In this document: positions 28,390 through 39,138 of the stretch, piece after piece
How positions within the stretch are numbered: position 1 is the first letter of the stretch
How the letters are laid out: every line of letters starts with the position of its first letter
From: an uncultured Acidobacteriota bacterium
Lineage (GTDB): Bacteria > Acidobacteriota > Vicinamibacteria > Vicinamibacterales > UBA2999
Assembly (NCBI GenBank): GCA_963707795.1
Contig: OY970174.1
Span: 2,208,432-2,272,431 of the forward strand
Direction: 5' to 3'
Length of the DNA stretch: 64,000 nt
Translations under genes and position numbers: made by a program
Notes under the pieces: model-generated
What the model was told of the DNA's origin: nothing
Seen by the model: the letters and a program-made list of their open reading frames with translations, nothing else
Databases searched by the model: none

Positions 28390-28914
28390 TCAGCACGATT
28401 CAGCTGTCACGTCGTCGTGAGCTTCGGCCTCGGTCGTGAAGCGCTTCACGAGAGGCTGGAGGCGTCCACTGAAGGTCAAGCCCCTTGCGGAGCCGAGCGA
28501 CCGCTCGGCGTCTGGCGCTCGTGAACGATCTGACGTTGCCGAGGAGTGGCCTTGGGTTTCGGCGCCACTCTGTTCTGCGACGACGGTGATTCTGGCTGAT
28601 TTCCTTGAACGCGGCTTTCGCCGAATCACGATCTCGACATCCTGGTCGAGCGCCGTCAACAGGTTCATCAGGCGTTCGACGGAGTAGCCCGCCAACTTGT
28701 AGTGACGAAGCGCGGAGACCTTCGGTTGGGTCACTCCCAGCACCTTGGCCGCGTCGGCCTGCGAGAGCTTGCGCCCGTCCAGCACCTGATTGAGCGCATA
28801 AGCCAGGCGAAGCTTAGCCTGTCGCCCGACGGCGTCTGGAAACCCAAGATCCGCGAACACGTTTCCGGTGCCCCGAGTGACCCGTTCTCGCCGTTCAGCA
28901 CTTCGACCTGCCAT
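28390..28914 (-). CDS. XRE-family HTH protein (orphan antitoxin-like)
   Basis: GTGNVFADLGFPDAVGRQAKLRLAYALNQVLDGRKLSQADAAKVLGVTQPKVSALRHYKLAGYSVERLMNLLTALDQDVEIVI. No partner toxin lies upstream. The last ~70 aa look like read-through. Confidence 0.65.
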   Translation of the reverse strand: MAGRSAERRERVTRGTGNVFADLGFPDAVGRQAKLRLAYALNQVLDGRKLSQADAAKVLGVTQPKVSALRHYKLAGYSVERLMNLLTALDQDVEIVIRRKPRSRKSARITVVAEQSGAETQGHSSATSDRSRAPDAERSLGSARGLTFSGRLQPLVKRFTTEAEAHDDVTAESC

Positions 28915-29022
28915 CTCGCTCCCTATACTCGGACTTCGCGATTATTCCAGTTCTGGGATGGTCAGACAACCGCTTCTGGTGTGGTCCACTCGGTATACTG
29001 GACTGTCACTGTCTCGACGCAC

Positions 29023-30414
29023 ATGCTCCTGACCATCCGAACGACTCACCAGCCGGCCACCGATCTCGGATTCCTGCTGCACAAGCACCCGAGCACGTGC
29101 ACACGCGGGAGTTCCCCTTCGGCAACGCCACGGTCTTCTACCCGGAGGCCAGTGAGGAATCGTGCACGGCGGCCGTGCTTCTCGACGTCGATCCGGTCGG
29201 CATGGTTCGTGGCCGAGGCGGCAAGGGCGGCGCCGAGGACCAGTACGTCAACGACCGGCCGTACGTCGCGTCGTCTCTACTCTCGGTCGTGATTTCGCGC
29301 TGGTTCAACTCCGCGCTGGGTGGCCGATGCGAGCGGAAACCCGATCTTGCGGCTTCTGAAATTGCCGCTCGAGGCGCGGCTCGCGGCCGTTCCCTGCCGT
29401 GGAGGCGAATCGTTCCTCCGCGCGTTGTTCGAGCCACTCGGCTACACGGTTGAAGCAACGCGCCACGAACTCGACGAGAGCATGCCGGCGCTCGGCCCGA
29501 GCCGGCTGTTCACGGTCACATTGCGAGCGGCCCGGCGGTTGAGCGACCTGCTCACGCACCTGTACGTGCTCGTCCCGGTTCGAGATGACCAGAAGCACTA
29601 CTGGGTTGGCGACGACGAAGTCGAGAAGCTGCTTCGTCATGGGCAAGGCTGGCTCGATAGCCATCCCGCGCGAGACGCCATCGTCTCTCGATACCTCGTG
29701 CACCAGCGAGGTCTGGTTCGTGACGCTATCGCGCGGCTGACGGCAGAGGAACAGCCCGAAGAGGAAACCGCAGCCGCTCAGAAGGACGAACAGGAAGCGT
29801 CGATCGAGCGCACGATCAGCCTGAACGAACGCCGCCTCGACGCCGTGTTCGAAGTACTGAAGGCCTCGGGCGCGTCCCGTGTGCTCGATCTGGGGTGTGG
29901 CGAAGGCAAGCTGCTTCGCCGCCTCCTGGCCGATCATCAGTTCGCGGAGATCGTCGGCATGGACGTGTCCGGCCGGGTTCTCGATCTGGCGGAATCGCGC
30001 TTGAAGCTCGAACGCCTTGCGCCGAAGCAGCGCGAGCGCATTCGCTTGATGCACGGCTCACTGATGTATCGCGACCCCCGGCTGAGCGGCTTCGACGCCG
30101 CCGCCGTCGTGGAAGTCATCGAACATCTCGACCAGCCTCGGCTGCGTGCCTTCGAACGGGTGCTCTTCGAATCTGCGCGCCCGGGAACCATCGTCCTGAC
30201 GACGCCGAACGCCGAATACAACGTGAAGTGGCCATCACTCCCGGCGGGACAGTTCCGTCACCAGGATCACCGCTTCGAGTGGACGCGCGCAGAGTTCCAG
30301 AGCTGGGCGAATGACGTGGCATCCCGGTTCGGCTATGCGGTGACCTATCGGCCTGTCGGCGATGAGGACACCACGGTTGGCCCTCCCACGCAGATGGCGG
30401 TGTTCGCCCGATGA
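29023..30414 (+). pseudogene. hen1: Hen1 3'-terminal RNA ribose 2'-O-methyltransferase (two frame corrections needed)
   Basis: MLLTIRTTHQPATDLGFLLHKHP | EHVHTREFPFGNATVFYPEASEESCTAAVLLDVDPVG...SALGGRCERKPDLAA | KLPLEARLAAVPCRGGESFLRALFEPLGY...VLDLGCGEGKLLRRLL...VVEVIEHLD. Shifts are near 29090 and 29358. Confidence 0.8.
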
Positions 30415-32958
30415 CCTTCACGATTCCCGAACTCTCCCTGGTGGTCCTGATCGGACCGTCGGGTTGCGGCAAGTCGACGTTCGCCAGAAAGCACTTCACG
30501 CCAACCGAGGTGATGTCGTCCGACGGATTCCGCGCGCTCGTGTCCGACGACGAGAACGACCAAGCGTCGACCGACGACGCTTTTGCCGCCCTGCATTTCG
30601 TGGCTGCGCGCAGGCTGGCGCGCGGAAAGCTCACCGTTGTCGATGCAACCAACGTTCAGCCCGAAGCCCGCAAGCCGCTCGTAGCGATTGCACGCGAATA
30701 CCACGTTCTGCCGGTAGCCATCGTGCTCGACCTGCCGGAGCGCGTCTGCCACGAACGCAATCGTTCGCGGCCAGACCGCGACTTCGGCCCACACGTGATT
30801 CGGAACCAGCGGAGCCAGCTGCATCGCTCCCTGCGTGGCCTCGGACGCGAAGGCTTCCGCCACGTGCACGTGCTCAAGTCGCAGGAAGAAGTTGATACCG
30901 CCGTCATCGAGCGGCAGCCGCTCTGGAACAACCGCAAGCGTGAGACGCGGTCCATTCGACATCATCGGCGACGTACATGGGTGCTGCGACGAACTCGAAC
31001 AGTTGTTGCAGCAACTCGGATACGAGAAGAACGACGGCGGACCATGGACGCATCCCGGGTGGTCGCAAAGCGATCTTCGTCGGTGACCTGGTGGACCGCG
31101 GGCCGCGCATCGTCGACACGCTCAGGACCGTGATGTCGATGTCAGCGGCCGGTAGCGCCCTCAGCGTGCCCGGGAACCACGATATCAAGCTGAAACGCAA
31201 GCTCGAGGGGCGCGACGTGCACCGTCTCGCACGGGCTTGACCGCACGCTGGCGGAACTCGAACAGCAGACGCCGGAGTTCCGCGCCGAAGTACAGCAGTT
31301 TCTCGACGGCCTGGTGAGTCACTACGTGTTCGACGGCGGCCAACTCGTGGTCGCGCACGCCGGCATGAAGGCGGAAATGCAGGGGTGCGGGTCGGCCAGG
31401 GTGCGGGACTTCGCTCTTTTCGGTGAAACGACAGGTGAGACCGACGAGTTCGGGCTGCCCGTCCGCTACAACTGGGCGGCCGAGTACCGCGGACCTGCCA
31501 GCGTGGTCTACGGCCACACGCCCGTTCCTGAGCCCGAATGGCTCAATCGCACCATCAACATCGATACCGGGTGCGTGTTCGGCGGCAAGCTCACGGCCCT
31601 GCGCTGGCCCGAGAAGGAGCTCGTCTCGGTTCCGGCCCGGCAGACGTACGCGGACCCGGTTCGCCCGTTCATGCCGCCGGCGGCCTCGCCGCTGAGCGCC
31701 CAGCAGGCGAACGATGACCTCCTGGACATCGAGGACGTGCGGGGGAAGAAGCTCGTCACGACTCGGCTGCACCGAAGCGTGACAATCCGCGAGGAGAACG
31801 CGGCGGCTGCACTGGAGGTGATGAGCCGATTCGCGGCGAATCCGAAGTGGCTGATCTATCTCCCGCCGACGATGTCGCCAAGCGAGACCAGCAAGGCCGA
31901 GGGTCTGCTCGAGCATCCCGCCGAGGCGTTTTCGTACTATCGAACCAACAGCGTATCGACGGTCGTCGTTGAGCAGAAGCACATGGGCTCCCGCGCCATC
32001 GTCATCGTGTGCCGGGACCAGGGACGTCGCCCGTGCGCGATTCGGTGTCCTCGAAGACGAGGATGGCATCTGCTATACACGCACTGGTCGTCGGTTCTTT
32101 GAGAATGCGGCGCTGGAGCGTGAGCTGCTGGCGACCGTGCGGACCGCCCTCGACGCATCGGGGTTCTGGGAGCGGCTGAACACCGATTGGGTGTGCCTCG
32201 ACTGCGAGCTGATGCCATGGTCGGCGAAGGCGCTCGAGCTTGTTCGGCAACAGTACGCGTCGGTTGGTACAGCCGCTCGCGTGGGCCCGGGCGAAACCGT
32301 GCGGGCGCTCGAGACCGCCGGCGCGCGCGGTATCGACATCGGGGCTCTCCTCGAACGTCACAAGGTTCGTCTGGAGCTTGCCGAACGGTTTGCGAGGTCG
32401 TATCGCAACTATTGCTGGCCCGTCGAGTCGCTGCGGGACATCCGCATCGCCCCGTTCCACGTGATGGCCACCGAAGGCGCTGTGCACGCCGGCAAGGATC
32501 ACGTCTGGCACATGAACGCGATCGGCAGCTTTGTCGAGGAGGGAGACGGCCTCCTGATGCGCACGCCCTATCAGGTCGTGAACCTCGCTGATCCCGCCAG
32601 CAAGACAGCAGCAACCGGCTGGTGGGTGAACCTGACCGCGACTGGCGGTGAGGGCGCGGTCGTCAAGCCGTTGCAGTTCGTGGCGACCAGGTCTCGTGGC
32701 CTGTTGCAGCCAGCGGTGAAGTGCCGCGGGCGTGAGTATCTGCGGATTATCTACGGGCCTGAGTACACCCTGCCCGAGCATCTCGAGAGGCTGCGGGAGC
32801 GGGGGCTGTCGGGTAAGCGATCGCTGGCCCTTCGGGAGTTCGCGTTGGGGATCGAAGGCCTCGAACGATTCGTGCAGCGAGAACCTCTCAGACGTGTTCA
32901 CGAGTGCGTGTTCGGTGTTCTCGCACTCGAGAGCGAGCCAGTCGATCCGCGCCTGTAG
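30411..32958 (+). pseudogene. pnkp: polynucleotide kinase-phosphatase Pnkp (four frame corrections needed)
   Basis: ATG overlaps the hen1 TGA (ATGA). Kinase P-loop LIGPSGCGKST. Phosphoesterase motifs PFDIIGDVHGC, FVGDLVDRGP, GNHD, VYGHTP. Ligase-like C-terminal domain VVVEQKHMGSRAIVIVCRD...YTRTGRRFF...CLDCELMPWS. Shifts are near 30950, 31055, 31221 and 32021. Confidence 0.8.
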
Positions 32959-33224
32959 CAGAAGCTTTCTCTCCTTCTGGATGCGCCAGGAGCAAACGCA
33001 AGCGAAGAAAAAGAGGGGGGAACACAGACTCGGGAGCAGTGGTCCCCCTTTGCTCGTGCGCGGTTCGCCGAATCAATGAGCCACGAGAGGAAGGTGATTG
33101 AGTCAATCGGTGAACTAGCGATGTTCTTTGCAATCAGCCACTTCACCACTGTTCAATCGGGCGGCGCTGTTTGCCGCCCGTGTCGCAGTCGGCGCAGTTG
33201 TCGGCAGCAGTGGTGGAGGCATCT

Positions 33225-33300
33225 GGGGCGTGAGCGACCCCCATTTGCGCTGCCCCCTTCATGGTCCCACGCCCAGTCCGTAGGGGGTCGCTCACGCCCC
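33225..33300. repeat. perfect 18-bp inverted repeat with 40-nt spacer in a ~1-kb gene-poor stretch
   Basis: GGGGCGTGAGCGACCCCC (33225-33242) and GGGGGTCGCTCACGCCCC (33283-33300). Confidence 0.9.
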
Positions 33301-33957
33301 AGACGCATGTCTCGTTCGTCCGGAGGAACTGCGCATGTCCCGTCGCTGTCGAGTGCGCCGACATGAGCCGCCGCGTGCGCGCCAGCCGTTCACCGGTTCG
33401 ATCCGCACGGCTGTCAGGTTTCGCCGGGAACTTGCGTTCATTAAAGGTGAGCGCGCACTCGCTCTGAATCCTGAACTGCGGCGGCCGACGATCGCCGCCT
33501 CCTGCCTCTCTTCCACCAGCGCGCCTCGATCGCCTTGCGACGTTCGCCGACGTGCGGCGACGGTCGCGTGCACGGCGGCCATCACGACGCGAGATTGTCC
33601 GGCGGTCCACGGCTCGGTCAAGCCACTCCGCTTCGCTCCGTCCGCTTCGCGGCTTCGGGCTTGACCGAACCGCGGCTCCGCCGGGTTCTCGCAATTACGT
33701 GATGGCCTCCAGGCTGACCGTCGCACTCACGCGGAACGAATCGATTCATCCTCGAAGGAGTCGCGGCGTTATGATCCGATCTCGAGAGCGGCGCAATCGA
33801 CGACGCGCGACGGTGCGCGAGGCCTCGTCCGACGCGACGATCGTTGCGACGAACCGCTGCGAGCGCTCGTTCGCACGCTCGCTCGGCAAGCCGCACGCGA
33901 GCTCTTCGCGCGGGAGCTGACGACGCAACGACAGGATCGACCTGAGGTGACAGTGCA

Positions 33958-35570
33958 ATGAAGGTTGCGATCTACGCGCGGTACTCCTCGGACAACCAAC
34001 GCGACGCCTCGATCGCGGACCAGCTCCGCATCTGCCGCGAGTTCGCCGCTCGCCAGGGCTGGACGGTCGTTCAGGAGTTCACCGATCACGCGATCTCCGG
34101 CGCGACGCTGCTGCGCTCCGGCTTCCAGGCGCTGATGCGCGACGCGTTGAACCGCCGCTTCGACGTCGTGCTCGCCGAATCGCTGGACCGCTTCAGCCGC
34201 GATCAGGAAGACACCGCCGGTCTCTTCAAGCGCCTCACCTTCGCCGGCGTCAACATCGTCACGCTCGCCGAAGGCGACATCACGCATCTGCACATCGGGT
34301 TCAAAGGGACGATGAACGCGCTGTTCCTGAAGGACCTCGCCGAGAAGACGCATCGAGGACTGCGTGGGCGCGTGGAGAGCGGCAAGGCTGGCGGCGGGCT
34401 CTGTTATGGCTACCGCGTGGTGAAATCGCTGGCCGGTGGCACCGCTCACGACGGGCGAACGAGCGATCGAACCAGGGGAAGCTGCGATCGTGGAACGCAT
34501 CTTCCGGGAGTACGTCGCAGGAATCGCGCCGAAAGCGATTGCGAAGCGGCTGAATCAGGACGGGATCGCCGGACCGTTCGGCGGAACGTGGAGTCCAAGC
34601 ACGATTCACGGGAACTCGAAACGTGGTACGGGCATCCTGAACAACGAGCTCTACGTCGGGCGTCTGATCTGGAACCGACTGCGTTACGTGAAGAATCCGG
34701 ACACCGGCAAACGCATCTCGCGGCTGAATCCGAAGGCAGAGTGGATCACCAAGGAGATTCCGTCCCTCCGGATAGTGAGCGACGAACTCTGGAACGCCGC
34801 GAAGGACCGTCAGAGCGCAACGCGACGAACGATCACACGCACCGGCAACATCGGCTTCGCAAGGCGGCCTCAGTATCTGTTCTCAGGGCTGTCGAAATGC
34901 GGCGTCTGCGGCGCTGGTTTCATCATGGCCGGCCGGAATCGGCTCGCATGCTTCGGCGCTCGCGAGAAAGGCACCTGCGACAACCGCCTCACCATCAGGC
35001 GTGACGAGGTCGAGAGGCGAGTTCTGAAGGCGCTCGAGGAGAAGCTCCTGAACCAGGAACTCTTCGAGGAGTTCTGCGAAGAATTCACGCGCGAGATGAA
35101 CCGGCTGCGAATGGAACACCGCGCCAGTCTGTCCGCGGCGGAACGCGAGATCGAGCGGATCGAAGTCCGGCGCAAGAAGCTGATCGAGATGGTGATGGAA
35201 CGGCGTGGCGCCTTCAGAGGTGAAGGACGAGCTGAACGCGAATGCAGCCAGACGGCGAGGAACTGAAAGCGACAGCTCGCAGCCACGGACGAGCCGCCAC
35301 CGCTGCTGCATCCGGAGATGGCCGGCTCTACCGCCGAAAAGGTCACAGCAGCTGGCGACAGGCCCTGGAGCATCCAGAGACCCGCACGGAAGCCTCTGAG
35401 GCGCTTCGTGGCCTGATGGACGCCATCGTCCTGACGCCGGACCAGGGCGAACTTCAAATCGAGCTGAAAGGGAATCTGGCGGCGATGCTGGGGGCCGCCC
35501 ACCCGCCTTCGCGCGCGCATAGAACGCAAGCGCGCGTACGGCGCGTCCGCCGTAGCTTTAACGGAGGCGG
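33958..35570 (+). pseudogene. large serine recombinase (resolvase domain + recombinase domain + zinc ribbon), multiply frameshifted
   Basis: MKVAIYARYSSDNQRDASIADQLRICREFAARQGWTVVQEFTDHAISGA...LDRFSRDQEDTAGL... (catalytic Ser in YARYSS). It continues in other frames: ...GERAIEPGEAAIVERIFREYVAGIAPKAIAKRLN...LSKCGVCGAGF...C...C..., APSEVKDELNANAARR, EELKA, ATDEPPPLLHPEMA, ALEHPETRTEASEALRGLMDAIVLTPDQGELQIELKG. At least 6 indels are needed. The 3' end is uncertain. Confidence 0.85.
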
Positions 35571-35605
35571 AAAATGCGAAGAGGTCGCCAGAAACGGGCG
35601 ACCTC
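35571..35605 (-). terminator. rho-independent-type terminator downstream of tRNA-fMet (island-borne)
   Basis: GAGGTCGCC-N7-GGCGACCTC (35581-35605, 9-bp perfect stem), followed on the minus strand by TTCGCATTTT (35580-35571). Confidence 0.6.
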
Positions 35606-35621
35606 TCGCTGCAAGTTGTGA

Positions 35622-35638
35622 CCGACAGTTGAAAGTGT

Positions 35639-35650
<12 letters not shown>
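35622..35650. repeat. proximal att-type direct repeat (overlaps the tRNA-fMet 3' end)
   Basis: Identical to 24210-24238. Positions 35639-35650 are the last 12 nt of the tRNA. Confidence 0.95.
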
Positions 35651-35715
<65 letters not shown>

Positions 35716-35894
35716 ACACTGAAGAAATGAATTATACCACGGCCACGCCACCCACGCCCACACCACCCACGCCCATTCCCCTCGACCGAGTGATTCGCCG
35801 GGTGACCAGGCCATGCTTCAAGCGGGAGCGTCGCGTCCTGCTGCTCGCCGGCGCCTGTGCCCGGCGCGCCGCCGGCCGGGCGCGGGTCGAGTCC

Positions 35895-36509
35895 CTACGT
35901 TCGCGCCGGCGCGGCCCGCGCCGCGCGACTCGCCTGGCGCCTGGTCACGGCGCGCACGACCCGCGCGCCGAGCAGCACCCCCACCACCGCGGCATAGATC
36001 ATCGGATCGGTGACGTCGAGCTTCACCTTCCACCAGTAGTGGATCACGCCGAGAATCGCCGTCGCGTACACCAGCCTGTGCAGCAGGGTCCAGCGCCGCC
36101 CGCCGAGCCGCCGGATCCAGCCCTTCGTGGAGGTGAGCGCCAGCGGAATCATCAGCACGAATCCGGTGAACCCCACGGTGATGTAAGGCCGCTTGACGAT
36201 GTCTTCCCACAGGCCGTCGAACATCAACGACCGGTCGAGGATGAAGTAGATCAGGAAGTGGATGCTGCCGTAGAAGAACGCGAACAGGCCGACCATCCGA
36301 CGCACCGAGATGATCGGGTTCCACCCGGTGAGCCATCGCACCGGGGTGATCGCGATGGTGACGACGATCAGCCGCAGCGTCCAGATGCCGGTGGTGTTGG
36401 TGATGGTCTCGATCGGGTTGGCGCCCAGGTCGCCCATGAACCCGCGCGCCACCAGCCACGCCAGCGGCGCCAGCGCGGCGACGAACACGGCGGGCTTCAG
36501 GAAGACCAC
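35895..36509 (-). CDS. msrQ: protein-methionine-sulfoxide reductase heme-binding subunit MsrQ
   Basis: 204 aa, GTG start. ...ANPIETITNTTGIWTLRLIVVTIAITP...VRRMVGLFAFFYGSIHFLIYFILD...RPYITVGFTGFVLMIPLALTS...WTLLHRLVYATAILGVIHYWW is the typical YedZ/MsrQ pattern. Confidence 0.9.
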   Translation of the reverse strand: MVFLKPAVFVAALAPLAWLVARGFMGDLGANPIETITNTTGIWTLRLIVVTIAITPVRWLTGWNPIISVRRMVGLFAFFYGSIHFLIYFILDRSLMFDGLWEDIVKRPYITVGFTGFVLMIPLALTSTKGWIRRLGGRRWTLLHRLVYATAILGVIHYWWKVKLDVTDPMIYAAVVGVLLGARVVRAVTRRQASRAARAAPART

Positions 36510-36513
36510 GGGA

Positions 36514-36548
36514 ACGAAGGACGAAGGACGAAGGACGAAGAACGGAAC
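36514..36548. repeat. heptanucleotide tandem repeat (ACGAAGG x4 plus one degenerate unit) in the msrP-msrQ spacer
   Basis: ACGAAGG ACGAAGG ACGAAGG ACGAAGA ACGGAAC. A second motif, CGTTCGGC, occurs three times at 36617-36647. Confidence 0.85.
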
Positions 36549-36716
36549 CGGGAACGTGGAACGGCGGAAGGGAACGAAGAACCGGTCGGGGTAATCCGAG
36601 CGGTCCAGCGGTCCGAGCGTTCGGCGTCGGCGTTCGGCACGTTCGGCAGGCTCGAGGCGTGCATTCCGATCGGATCCGGTGCGTGGTTCGCTACCAACGA
36701 CAACTGGCGCTCCCGG

Positions 36717-37680
<964 letters not shown>

Positions 37681-37804
37681 GGTCTCTCTCGATCATACCA
37701 GCCCGGCGCCGCACGCACGACCGCGCGGAACGAGGCCCTCTCGACCTTTGATGCCGGAGCCGGCGTGAAGGAGTCGGGCCGGCGTACGATACCGTTGGCC
37801 CGTC

Positions 37805-38464
37805 ATGGAGCAGGATCGAGCCGCCGACATCCTGTCACTGCTGTCGCACGAACTGCGCGGTCCGCTGGGCGTGATCCGCGGCTACCTGAAGCTCCTCGAA
37901 CAGGCGTCGCCCGCGTTGACCGACGCGCAGCAGCGTGCGGTGGCAGCGGCGCTGAAAGCCAGCGACCGCACCGCGGAACTGTTGACGCAGACCAGCCTGC
38001 TGGCGAACGTGCAGCGTGGCACCGTGGTGCTCGCCCGTCGGACCGTGGCGTTGGCGGACGTCCTCACCAACGCGGTCGCCGAGGCATCGCGCACATCCGG
38101 CAAGGGTTTGACCTTCGAGCCACGTGACCTGCCGCCGGCACGGATCGACGTTGACCCGGCAGTGCTGTCCAATGCCCTCGCCAACCTCATGACGGCCGTC
38201 GTACGCGCACGGCCGTCCGACCCGGTGATCGCCGTCACTGCCGCGCGCGATGTCCGCGACGGCACCGCCGGGGTCGCGACGCGCGTCGCCCCGCCGGAGA
38301 CGACGCAGGCCGACCCGCATGCGGTCGACATCACCCGCGGCGGCCACGGACTCGACCTCCCCATCGCCGGCGCGCTCATCGCGGCCCAGGGCGGAAGCCT
38401 CCACGAACTGCGCGAGGGCTCGCGATTCGCCGGCGTGGTAGTGTGGTTGCCCACCACGCCGTGA
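37805..38464 (+). CDS. small soluble histidine-kinase-like protein (HisKA + HATPase-like)
   Basis: H-box LSLLSHELRGPLGVIRGYLKLL. C-terminal GGHGLDLPIAGALIAAQGGSL. No sensor or TM region. Confidence 0.65.
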   Translation: MEQDRAADILSLLSHELRGPLGVIRGYLKLLEQASPALTDAQQRAVAAALKASDRTAELLTQTSLLANVQRGTVVLARRTVALADVLTNAVAEASRTSGKGLTFEPRDLPPARIDVDPAVLSNALANLMTAVVRARPSDPVIAVTAARDVRDGTAGVATRVAPPETTQADPHAVDITRGGHGLDLPIAGALIAAQGGSLHELREGSRFAGVVVWLPTTP

Positions 38465-39138
38465 CCAACCCGGTTTTCCTGCGCATGGCCTGCCTGGCGC
38501 TCCTGCTGAGCGGCCTCACCGTGCCGGCGCGCGCCCAGATGCGCCTGGCCGACGCGTCCGACCGCGCGGCGTTCCGATCGTGGTTCGTGCTGCTCGCCGA
38601 TGCACAGTTCGAGCGCGCCGCGGCGGAAGTCATCGACTGCGCGGCGCTGGTCCGCTTCGCCTTTCGCGAGGCGCTGCGCGCGCACACGCCGGAGTGGGCC
38701 CGGCAGGTGGCGCTCCCCGTGGCGCCGCCGTTCCCCGACGTGCGGTCGGGGCCGCCGCCCGACGCGCGGGGCTGGCCACTCTTCCGCGTCGCGGCCACCC
38801 CGCCGCGCTACGCCGAGTTCGCCGACGCACGCACGCTGATCGCCCTCAACACCCGGCGCATCAGCCGCGACTCGACCAGGCTGCAACCGGGCGACCTGCT
38901 CTACTTCCACCAGCCCGAGCAGCGCCAGCCCGATCACCTGATGGTGTTCGTCGGCCGCTCGTTCTTCGAGCCGGCGCATGCCGACTGGATCGTTTACCAC
39001 ACGGGCGCGAGCGACGAGGGGCCGGGCGAGGTGCGCAAGGTCCGGCTCGCCGACCTCCTGCGTCATCCGGCCGCGCGCTGGCGGCCGGTGCCCACCAACC
39101 CGCAGTTCGCCGGCATCTTCCGGTTCACCGCGCTGTGA
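38443..39138 (+). CDS. DUF1175 (YfaT-like) protein
   Basis: Signal MACLALLLSGLTVPARA. ...FRSWFVLLADAQF...DCAALVRFAFREAL...LQPGDLLYFHQPEQRQPDHLMVFVG...WIVYHTG. Its TGA overlaps the GTG of the A2M gene (GTGA at 39135-39138). An alternative start is M at 38485. Confidence 0.7.
   Translation: MVAHHAVTNPVFLRMACLALLLSGLTVPARAQMRLADASDRAAFRSWFVLLADAQFERAAAEVIDCAALVRFAFREALRAHTPEWARQVALPVAPPFPDVRSGPPPDARGWPLFRVAATPPRYAEFADARTLIALNTRRISRDSTRLQPGDLLYFHQPEQRQPDHLMVFVGRSFFEPAHADWIVYHTGASDEGPGEVRKVRLADLLRHPAARWRPVPTNPQFAGIFRFTAL

Noticed and set aside
33076-33366. Small ORFs in the gene-poor stretch: MSHERKVIESIGELAMFFAISHF... on the plus strand, and a 39-aa MKGAAQMGVAHAPD... on the minus strand starting inside the inverted-repeat loop.
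   Set aside because: They have no convincing RBS, no recognisable domain, and composition that drifts into GC-driven nonsense. They cannot be supported as genes.
35741-35775. Tandem CCACCCACGCCCA(CA/TT) motif upstream of the tRNA-fMet promoter.
   Set aside because: There are only two copies. It could be an UP-like or factor-binding element, but nothing in the sequence distinguishes it from chance in GC-rich DNA.
38580-39134. Upstream 185-codon extension of the A2M ORF.
   Set aside because: It overlaps the DUF1175 gene in another frame and translates to Arg/Ala-rich nonsense. The signal peptide and the GTGA coupling point to a start at 39135.
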